From a virus, in the IMG/VR virus record IMGVR_UViG_3300027754_005993, positions 53,773-117,772 of that record: a stretch of DNA of 64,000 nucleotides, one strand, 5' to 3'. Numbering within the stretch: the stretch's first letter is position 1; the number at the start of each line of letters is the position of its first letter. Both the position numbers and the translations under genes were made by a program. Positions 57,148 to 64,000 of the stretch are shown here, one piece after another. Below the pieces are notes generated by a model. It searched no databases. It had not been told where the DNA came from and saw only the letters and a program-made list of their open reading frames with translations.

Positions 57148-58625
57148 ATTTCTATACAAATGTATTTTATGATTTCAAGTCCATTCTTTATGCAGAAAAA
57201 GAGAATGGCATAACTGTCTATAGGAGTGAGGAATATGTTCCAAGCGTTTATCTGCCGTCTAAAAAGAAAACTGATTCTCTTTCGATTCATGGTCAGTATG
57301 TTCATGAAATGACATTTGATTCTTATCAGTCATACAAGGAATTCTCTGAGAAGTATGCTGATGTCCCCAATTTTGAGATTCATGGTGATATTCAAACCGA
57401 ATATCAGTTCATCAATCGCAAATATGGAACTGATATTTCCTATGATTTTTCACAGATAGACATCATGTATATTGACATTGAAACCACCTCTGAGAAGGGG
57501 TGGCCTTCAATTGAAGATCCTGAAGAAGAGATCATTGCGATTACTGTATTTTCCAGTAAGCATGGAAATGCAACTTTCTGTCTTGGTATATTCAATCCTG
57601 GCGATATGGATATCAAGGTATTTGAATATCAAGATGAACAGAAACTACTCAGAGAATTCCTTGAATACTTTGCCAAGAATTATCCCGATGTTGTGAGTGG
57701 TTGGAACATTCGTTTCTTTGACTTTCCATATCTCATCAAGAGAATCAAAAAGGTTCTTGGACATAAAGCAGCAAAGATGCTTTCTCCTTGGGGTATTCTA
57801 AAGGAAAAGTATATCACTCGCAATGGTAAGGAAGATCTGATGTATGATATCATCGGAGTCTCCATGCTCGACTACTTTGAAGTCTACAAGACATTCACAT
57901 ATGTCAATCAGGAATCTTATCGTCTTGATCATATTGCGTATGTTGAATTAGGTCAGCGTAAATTGGCATATGATGAATACGAGAGTATGAATGAGTTCTA
58001 CAAGAAGGATTTCCAGAAGTTTATTCAGTATAATATCCGAGATGTTGAACTCGTTCAGAAATTGGAAGAGAAGTTAAAGCTTATAGAACTCTCTGTGGCA
58101 CTTGCATATTCAGCAGGAGTTAATTTTCAGGATGTATTCTCTCAGGTTCGTACATGGGATGTAATCATCTATAATTACTTGAGCAAGAAGAACATCGTCA
58201 TTCCTCCCAAGAAGAGGGGACGAAAGGATGAGCAATATGCTGGTGCTTATGTCAAGGAACCTCTTGTCGGTATGCATGAATGGGTAGTATCCTTTGACTT
58301 GAATTCACTTTATCCGCATCTCATCATGCATTATAATATTTCCACAGAGACAATCACACCCGATGAAGTGCGTGGTCTTATTTCACCAGATGCTATTCTC
58401 AAAGGTGATGTTGTTGCCACTAAATTAATACAACAATTCAAGGAAAAGAATCTATCCGTTGCTGCCAATGGGACAACCTATCGCAAGGATATTCGTGGAT
58501 TCTTACCAGAACTTATGGATACGATGTATCAAGAGCGTAAAACATTCAAAAATAAAATGATTGAATCGCAAAAACATTTAGAGGAAATCACTAAGGAACT
58601 CATGCGTAGGGCATTGACAAAGTAA
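57144..58625 (+). CDS. gp43: DNA polymerase gp43, N-terminal cistron (43A: exonuclease, motif A, first fingers helix)
   Basis: DIET, GWN...FD.PY, SY.LD, YNI.DV, GAYVKEP, SFDLNSLYP; ends after Y.ERK.FK..M. Confidence 0.93.
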   Translation: MNFYTNVFYDFKSILYAEKENGITVYRSEEYVPSVYLPSKKKTDSLSIHGQYVHEMTFDSYQSYKEFSEKYADVPNFEIHGDIQTEYQFINRKYGTDISYDFSQIDIMYIDIETTSEKGWPSIEDPEEEIIAITVFSSKHGNATFCLGIFNPGDMDIKVFEYQDEQKLLREFLEYFAKNYPDVVSGWNIRFFDFPYLIKRIKKVLGHKAAKMLSPWGILKEKYITRNGKEDLMYDIIGVSMLDYFEVYKTFTYVNQESYRLDHIAYVELGQRKLAYDEYESMNEFYKKDFQKFIQYNIRDVELVQKLEEKLKLIELSVALAYSAGVNFQDVFSQVRTWDVIIYNYLSKKNIVIPPKKRGRKDEQYAGAYVKEPLVGMHEWVVSFDLNSLYPHLIMHYNISTETITPDEVRGLISPDAILKGDVVATKLIQQFKEKNLSVAANGTTYRKDIRGFLPELMDTMYQERKTFKNKMIESQKHLEEITKELMRRALTK

Positions 58626-58641
58626 AGTTTTCTGGTATAAT
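58614..58641 (+). promoter_or_regulatory. Consensus sigma70 promoter TTGACA-16-TATAAT (TGn) overlapping the end of 43A
   Basis: TTGACA 58614-19, TATAAT 58636-41; ATG at 58648. Confidence 0.75.
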
Positions 58642-58647
58642 AGACGG

Positions 58648-59187
58648 ATGGAAACGAGGAACATTATTGACTACTTTCATTACTGGACGCACGAAGCGAT
58701 TATTGCAGATCTTGATGCAAAACGGAATAATTTTACCGTTCTTTGCAGCAATCTTTACAATGATTTCAACATCGCTACAGTCATTCGTAACTCAAATGCG
58801 TTCCTCGCGAAGCAGGTGATCCTATACGGATCCAAGCAGTATGATCGCCGTGGCACTGTTGGAACACATCATTATACTAATTTCATTCATGCCAAGACTT
58901 TTACCGAACTAGATGAAAGAATGAAGATTCTTCGTCAGACCTATGGTACGGTAAAGATCATCGGCATAGATAATGTTCCAGGTGCTACGGCGATTGATAC
59001 TTTTGAATGGAACACAAATACACATTATGTTCTAGCGTTCGGTCAAGAACAAGTCGGTCTACCAACAGAAATCCTCGACATCTGTGATCACATCTTGTAT
59101 ATTAAACAATATGGAACTGTCAGGAGTCTGAATGTAGGAACCGCGAGTGGTATCGCAATGTACGCACTCGCAAGTAATGTGTTTTAA
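58648..59187 (+). CDS. SPOUT (SpoU/TrmH family) RNA 2'-O-methyltransferase
   Basis: N...DFNI..VIR..NAF, FGQE..GL, I..YG.VRSLNV..A.GIAM. Confidence 0.88.
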   Translation: METRNIIDYFHYWTHEAIIADLDAKRNNFTVLCSNLYNDFNIATVIRNSNAFLAKQVILYGSKQYDRRGTVGTHHYTNFIHAKTFTELDERMKILRQTYGTVKIIGIDNVPGATAIDTFEWNTNTHYVLAFGQEQVGLPTEILDICDHILYIKQYGTVRSLNVGTASGIAMYALASNVF

Positions 59188-59258
59188 TACCCCGTGGTGA
59201 AATGGTATCACAGAAGCCTTTGGAGCTTCTTTTCTTGGTTCGAATCCAAGCGGGGTAG
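59188..59258 (+). tRNA. tRNA-Gln (anticodon UUG), no encoded CCA
   Basis: Acceptor TACCCCG/CGGGGTA, anticodon arm GAAGC-CTTTGGA-GCTTC, T arm CTTGG-TTCGAAT-CCAAG. Confidence 0.9.
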
Positions 59259-59263
59259 TTTTT

Positions 59264-59336
59264 GGGGATGTAGTCCAATGGCAGAGACAAATCACTTAAA
59301 ATGATTCCAGTGTGGGTTCGAGTCCCACCATCCTTA
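59264..59336 (+). tRNA. tRNA-Leu (anticodon UAA) with a short variable loop, no encoded CCA
   Basis: Acceptor GGGGATG/CATCCTT, anticodon arm AATCA-CTTAAAA-TGATT, T arm GTGGG-TTCGAGT-CCCAC. Confidence 0.85.
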
Positions 59337-59356
59337 TTAAATCGGAGACGACGATA

Positions 59357-59599
59357 ATGTATGGAATTATGACCAAACTGAACAACTTCGTTGACGACAA
59401 CCTGAAAGACTCCTTGGGAGTACCTCGTAAGGGCGTTCTGGCATTTAAGAAGAAGACTAGTGCGGTCACCGAATGTGATGCCCTGAATGACCTCCTGACG
59501 ACTAAGAAAACTAAACCATATGTGGTTGCCAAGTTTCCAGAAGATGAAACCTCATCATATGGATTTATTGTGGATGGTGTGTGGAAGCAAAAATTATAA
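59357..59599 (+). CDS. Hypothetical protein (80 aa)
   Basis: GGAG RBS at 59344 and ATG 59357, in the frame of ORF 59312..59599. Confidence 0.55.
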   Translation: MYGIMTKLNNFVDDNLKDSLGVPRKGVLAFKKKTSAVTECDALNDLLTTKKTKPYVVAKFPEDETSSYGFIVDGVWKQKL

Positions 59600-59602
59600 A
59601 TA
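59595..59602 (+). promoter_or_regulatory. Late promoter TATAAATA inside the polymerase intercistronic region
   Basis: Exact consensus before a GAGG RBS and ATG 59622. Confidence 0.6.
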
Positions 59603-59621
59603 CTTCATAAGAGGAACAATT

Positions 59622-59981
59622 ATGGAATGTATTTCGAAATTACTGACACTTCAAAACCAACTTCGCGTTCACCATTGGCAAACACCATCATATGCTGAAC
59701 ACAAAGCATTGGGTAAGGCATACGCAGGATTGGATCCACTAATTGATACCTTTGTGGAAACATATATGGGCAAGTATGGAAAAGATACACAGCAGAATAG
59801 AAGTATTGATCTACAAGGGTACGAAACTGCTCATCCAATGCCAGTATTGAAGTATTTTGAAAATTATTTAATCAATGAACTTCCAAACGATTTGTCTGAA
59901 CAAGATACAGAACTTTTAAATATTCGCGATGAAATGTTAAGTGTTCTCAATCAGACTAAGTATCTCTTGACTCTACATTGA
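59622..59981 (+). CDS. Ferritin/Dps-like four-helix protein (DUF5856-like)
   Basis: HWQT.SYAEHKALG..Y..L..LID.FVE.Y.GKYG, L.NIRDEM......TKYLLTL. Confidence 0.75.
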   Translation: MECISKLLTLQNQLRVHHWQTPSYAEHKALGKAYAGLDPLIDTFVETYMGKYGKDTQQNRSIDLQGYETAHPMPVLKYFENYLINELPNDLSEQDTELLNIRDEMLSVLNQTKYLLTLH

Positions 59982-59995
59982 GTTTGTAGTATCAT
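59967..59995 (+). promoter_or_regulatory. Sigma70-like promoter (TTGACT-17-TATCAT) that could drive ORF 60002 and 43B
   Basis: ATG 60002 lies 7 nt after the -10 box. Confidence 0.5.
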
Positions 59996-60001
59996 GTGTG
60001 A

Positions 60002-60244
60002 ATGATTTACGAGTTTAAAAATCCAATTCCTGTAACCACACCTATGGGTGATGGTTATATTTTATATGTTCGCGATGGCGGAACATGGGAAAACGATATT
60101 TTCGCCGTGGTCTTGACTGAAGGTGGAACGATTCGGCATTTTAGAAGTGATCAGTTGAATGTTTGGGCGAATGCCACCTTTGGAATTAAAAAGGATTCTA
60201 CATTATGTCAAAAGACTACTCCAAGTTCACCGATGCCCAACTAA
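60002..60244 (+). CDS. Hypothetical protein
   Basis: 80-aa ORF overlapping the 43B start. Confidence 0.55.
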   Translation: MIYEFKNPIPVTTPMGDGYILYVRDGGTWENDIFAVVLTEGGTIRHFRSDQLNVWANATFGIKKDSTLCQKTTPSSPMPN

Positions 60245-61356
60245 TGGCACTGAAAAAACAAACTGAACATGATATATCCAAGTATCATAATTTTCAGTTG
60301 GTTCGCAAGATTCAGTTAAACTCCGCTTACGGTGCGATAGGGAACCAATATTTTAGATATTATTCTACCGAACTCGCAGAGGCGATTACTCTGTCGGGTC
60401 AATTGTCAATTCAATGGATCGGTCAAGAACTAAACAAATATCTCAACAAGATTATTGGCACTACCGATGTGGATTATGTGATTGCATCAGATACAGATTC
60501 TGTTTATCTGTGTCTTAATAATCTAGTCTTGAAGGTATTTCCAAACACAGGTCTTTTTGATGGAAAACCAGTTTCGCGACCACCGACAAAGACCGTAGTT
60601 GATTTCTTAGATAAGTCTGCGGAACAGGCGATCATTCCATTCATTGAGAAGAAGTTTGCTGAACTCGCACTCACCATGAATGCATACGAGAACAAAATGC
60701 AGATGGGTCGGGAAGTCATTGCCGACAAGGGAATATGGACTGCCAAGAAACGGTATATGTTGAATGTTTGGGATTCTGAAGGTGTGCGCTATGCAGAACC
60801 TAAACTCAAGATCATGGGAATTGAAACTACTCGTTCTTCAACTCCAGAGTTTGTCCGTAAGCATCTTAAGAAGGCTATCAATATTACCATGAATGGCACT
60901 GCACAGGATATGATAGACTTTGTTGAGAAGTGTCGTAATGAATTTTACGCACTGCCTCCAGAGGATATTGCATTTCCTCGTAGCGTAAACGGATTGGAAA
61001 AATATATTGATCGTTCTGCAATTTATAAAAAATCAACACCTATTGCCGTAAAGGGTGCTTTGATTTACAATCATTATCTTGCTAAATTCAAGATTGGTAA
61101 GAAATATAGGAAGATTATTGAAGGAGATAAGATTAAATTTCTAATGCTCAAGAAACCAAATCCTGTTGGTGGTTGCATTGGAGAAGATCAGGTTATTTCT
61201 TTTCCAAATGTTCTTCCAAAAGAATTTGAACTTGAGAAATATATTGATTATAAAACGCAATTTGAGAAATCTTTTATTGATCCTCTGACCGCCATTCTAG
61301 ATACTATTGGGTGGTCAACTGAAAAGAAAAATACATTAGAAAACCTATTTGGTTGA
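60205..61356 (+). CDS. gp43: DNA polymerase gp43, C-terminal cistron (43B: motifs B and C, thumb, clamp-binding tail)
   Basis: KIQLNSAYGAIGN, IT.SGQ, ASDTDSVY, KKRY, KIMGIE..RSSTP, C-terminal TLENLFG; AAGGA RBS. Confidence 0.93.
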   Translation: MSKDYSKFTDAQLMALKKQTEHDISKYHNFQLVRKIQLNSAYGAIGNQYFRYYSTELAEAITLSGQLSIQWIGQELNKYLNKIIGTTDVDYVIASDTDSVYLCLNNLVLKVFPNTGLFDGKPVSRPPTKTVVDFLDKSAEQAIIPFIEKKFAELALTMNAYENKMQMGREVIADKGIWTAKKRYMLNVWDSEGVRYAEPKLKIMGIETTRSSTPEFVRKHLKKAINITMNGTAQDMIDFVEKCRNEFYALPPEDIAFPRSVNGLEKYIDRSAIYKKSTPIAVKGALIYNHYLAKFKIGKKYRKIIEGDKIKFLMLKKPNPVGGCIGEDQVISFPNVLPKEFELEKYIDYKTQFEKSFIDPLTAILDTIGWSTEKKNTLENLFG

Positions 61357-61366
61357 AAGGAATATT

Positions 61367-62410
61367 ATGAGTGATTTTTTATCGTCTATGGTTAAGAATT
61401 CTGGAAACAAATACGCATCACTGGTTTCCGATGGTCTTGAGGGAAGTGATGTAAATGGATTCGTGGATACTGGATGTTATATTCTGAATGGACTACTGTC
61501 GGCATCCATTTATAATGGAATGCCAAATAATAAAATTACAGCGATTGCGGGAGAAACATCCACAGGAAAGACTTATATCGCTTTGGGAATTGCCTCTAAG
61601 TTTTTACGGGATAATCCCAATGCTGTTGTTTTATATTTTGATTCTGAACAAGCAGTTACTTCTGAGATGTTCAAGAATCGTGGAATTGACCCAAAGCGAA
61701 TTGCAGTATTTCCAGTATCAACGGTGGAGGAATTTCGTCATCAAGTAATTACGATTGTGGACAAATATATTGACCTTCCCAAAGGGGAACAGAAACCAAC
61801 CTTCATCGTTCTTGATTCGTTGGGAATGTTGTCCACGACCAAAGAGATGACTGATACCGCTGATGGAAAAGATACAAGGGATATGACCCGCGCACAAATC
61901 ATCAAGGCTACATTTAGAGTCTTGACGGTAAAACTTGGTGTGGCGAAGATTCCTCTTCTGATGACAAACCACACATATCAATCCATGGGAATGTTCCCAA
62001 CGGCAGAACTTGCTGGTGGTCAGGGATTGAAGTATGCGGCATCAACTATTCTTTATCTTTCCAAGCGAAAGGATAAGAATTCTGATGGTGAGGTTGTTGG
62101 AAATATCATTCATTGTAAACTTTATAAGGGTAGATTCACCAAAGAAAATAGCATGGTGGATATTCGGTTGAATTACGAAACTGGACTTGACCCATATTAT
62201 GGTCTTGTGGATGTTGCGGTATCTGCTGGAATATTCAAAAAGAATTCAACGCGCATTGAACTTCCAGATGGAACCAAAGCGTTTGAGAAGACGATTTATG
62301 ATAATCCAGAAAAGTATTTTACCAAAGATGTTCTTGCGTTAGTGGAGAAGGCAGTGTATACTCAGTTCAGTTATGGTGGAGAGAAAACCATAGAGAACAC
62401 CGATGACTGA
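61367..62410 (+). CDS. uvsX: RecA-like recombinase UvsX
   Basis: DTG..LN.L.S, AGE.STGKT, YFDSE, LDSLG.L, DMTRA, GG.G..YAAS. Confidence 0.95.
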   Translation: MSDFLSSMVKNSGNKYASLVSDGLEGSDVNGFVDTGCYILNGLLSASIYNGMPNNKITAIAGETSTGKTYIALGIASKFLRDNPNAVVLYFDSEQAVTSEMFKNRGIDPKRIAVFPVSTVEEFRHQVITIVDKYIDLPKGEQKPTFIVLDSLGMLSTTKEMTDTADGKDTRDMTRAQIIKATFRVLTVKLGVAKIPLLMTNHTYQSMGMFPTAELAGGQGLKYAASTILYLSKRKDKNSDGEVVGNIIHCKLYKGRFTKENSMVDIRLNYETGLDPYYGLVDVAVSAGIFKKNSTRIELPDGTKAFEKTIYDNPEKYFTKDVLALVEKAVYTQFSYGGEKTIENTDD

Positions 62411-63767
62411 TGTTGAAAAACTAATTCTTCACAACCTTCTCAAGAACGAGACATACGCACGAAAAGTTACTCCCTTCCTACAGAGGGAGTATTTTCATGA
62501 TCGTGGACTACGATTTGTTTTTGAGACTATTCATGAATTTATTCTAAAATATAATAACCTTCCCACAAAGGAAGCGATCTATATCATTCTTGATAAGAAC
62601 AAAAGTATTAATCAAGAAGAGATGAAGCGCATCACAAATTATGTGGAGGAGATTTGCAATTCAAAGGAAAATGTTGATTCTGAATGGTTGATGACAGAAA
62701 CTGAAACTTTCTGCAAGGATAAGGCGGTATATAATGCGATCATGGAATCCATTCAGATTATAGATGGAAAGACTCAGCAATCTCAGGGATCTATTCCTGA
62801 TATTCTATCCAAGGCGTTGTCGGTATCATTTGATGTTCATATCGGTCACGATTATATTGAAGACTATGAGAAACGATATGATTTCTACCACACGGTAGAG
62901 AAACGAATTCCATTTGATTTGGATGGATTCAATCAGATCACAAATGGGGGAACTCCTGCAAAGACTTTGAACATTGTCATGGCAGGAACTGGTGTTGGTA
63001 AATCATTGTTCCTGTGCCATCATGCTGCAAATTGTCTCAAAAAGAATTGTAAGGTTCTATACATCACCTGTGAGATGGCAGAGGAAAGAATTGCAGAACG
63101 CATTGATGCAAATCTTCTTGATGTTACTCTTGATAATCTTCGCGAACTTTCAAAGGTAATCTATGAAAAGAAAATTCAGAATCTGAGTGCTGGAGTTCAA
63201 GGTAAACTTATCATCAAGGAATATCCAACTGCTACAGCAAATGTAAATCACTTTCGGTTTTTGTTGGATGAACTTTGGTTGAAGCGTAAGTTTAAACCCG
63301 ATGTGATCTTCATTGATTATCTGAACATCTGTGCTTCAGCAAGAGTAAAGAGTGGAAACAATGTAAACTCCTACACTTACATCAAGTCAATTGCAGAGGA
63401 GATTCGTGGTCTTGCGGTTGAATATAATGTACCAATTTTCAGTGCCACGCAAACTACTCGCTCTGGGCATTCAAACACGGATGTTAGTCTTGAGGATACT
63501 TCCGAGTCATTTGGTCTTCCAGCAACTGCTGACTTTATGTTCGCCTTGATCTCTACAGATGAACTTGCGGAACAGAATCAGATCATGGTGAAGCAGTTAA
63601 AGAATCGTTACAATGATACAGCAACCAATCGTAAGTTCTTGCTTAACATTCAGCGTGCTAAGATGAAACTTTCCGATATTCCACCGCAACACACAAATCT
63701 CATTACTATTCCTATTGCTAATCAACCAAAGCAAAAGGGTCAAAAGTTTGAAGATTGGAATTTCTAA
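62403..63767 (+). CDS. gp41: Replicative DNA helicase gp41
   Basis: AGTGVGKS, EMAEERIAERIDAN, IKEYPT, IDYLNIC, ATQTTR, SESFGLPATAD, KQLKNRY. Confidence 0.96.
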   Translation: MTDVEKLILHNLLKNETYARKVTPFLQREYFHDRGLRFVFETIHEFILKYNNLPTKEAIYIILDKNKSINQEEMKRITNYVEEICNSKENVDSEWLMTETETFCKDKAVYNAIMESIQIIDGKTQQSQGSIPDILSKALSVSFDVHIGHDYIEDYEKRYDFYHTVEKRIPFDLDGFNQITNGGTPAKTLNIVMAGTGVGKSLFLCHHAANCLKKNCKVLYITCEMAEERIAERIDANLLDVTLDNLRELSKVIYEKKIQNLSAGVQGKLIIKEYPTATANVNHFRFLLDELWLKRKFKPDVIFIDYLNICASARVKSGNNVNSYTYIKSIAEEIRGLAVEYNVPIFSATQTTRSGHSNTDVSLEDTSESFGLPATADFMFALISTDELAEQNQIMVKQLKNRYNDTATNRKFLLNIQRAKMKLSDIPPQHTNLITIPIANQPKQKGQKFEDWNF

Positions 63768-64000
63768 TGTCTGCTTATCTTGATCGTAAATATATCAATT
63801 TGGTTTCTAATTCCCTTGTGAAATTTAAATGGAAGAAGGTAAATCTTGCTAACTGCCGTTGTGTCTTTTGTGGTGATTCCGAGACAAATAAGAACAAAGC
63901 GAGAGGTTATTTCTTCAGCAGTAAGGATAGTTATTTTTATAAATGTCATAACTGTGGGGTTTCATATAATGTGTACAAGTTTCTTGAAGTGATCTCTCCT
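63767..64000 (+). CDS. gp61: DNA primase gp61, N-terminal zinc-binding domain (partial, runs off the window)
   Basis: ATG 63767 (TAATG): MSAYLDRKYINLVS...NCRCVFCGDS..NK.KARGYF......YKCHNCG. Confidence 0.88.
   Translation, partial: MSAYLDRKYINLVSNSLVKFKWKKVNLANCRCVFCGDSETNKNKARGYFFSSKDSYFYKCHNCGVSYNVYKFLEVISP

Noticed and set aside
59264-59336. Suppressor tRNA or stop-codon reassignment suggested by 'TAA' in the anticodon loop
   Set aside because: Anticodon UAA reads the Leu codon UUA, and core genes are full-length under the standard code.
59312-59356. ORF-track starts at 59312 and 59520
   Set aside because: 59312 lies within tRNA-Leu and 59520 overlaps the previous gene. ATG 59357 and ATG 59622 have RBSs.
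58500-60330. Split intein or group I intron explaining the interrupted polymerase
   Set aside because: 43A has no Cys/Ser-initiated intein N-block, and 43B has no HN-C/S/T junction. The gap holds tRNAs and ordinary ORFs with their own promoters, no homing endonuclease is visible, and 43B has its own RBS.

Overview
This window is a 64-kb, AT-rich, essentially all plus-strand segment of a large T4-like myovirus (T4 superfamily, environmental type). From left to right it contains: two Cys-rich genes; the neck, terminase, tail and head module (gp13-14-15-16-17-18-19-20-67-21-[repeat protein]-22-23-3); uvsY-uvsW; gp55; gp47-46; and gp45-44-62-regA. A ~30-kb block then sits where gene 43 follows regA in T4. 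It is made of a ~14-kb sugar-nucleotide, glycosyltransferase and methyltransferase island (ending in a GT2-TPR enzyme) followed by ~16 kb of Gly-Asn-Thr collagen-like and other fiber genes. After it come dUTPase, an SPPY-type DNA methyltransferase, a DUF1599-like protein, and a DNA polymerase gene split into 43A and 43B around a cassette carrying a SPOUT RNA methyltransferase, tRNA-Gln, tRNA-Leu and three small ORFs. The window ends with uvsX, gp41 and the start of gp61. The best candidates for new biology are (1) a phage-encoded system that O-glycosylates collagen-like virion fibers and (2) a tRNA plus tRNA-methyltransferase cassette inside a split polymerase. All family assignments come from motif recognition and gene order, with no database searches, and the host cannot be determined from this window.
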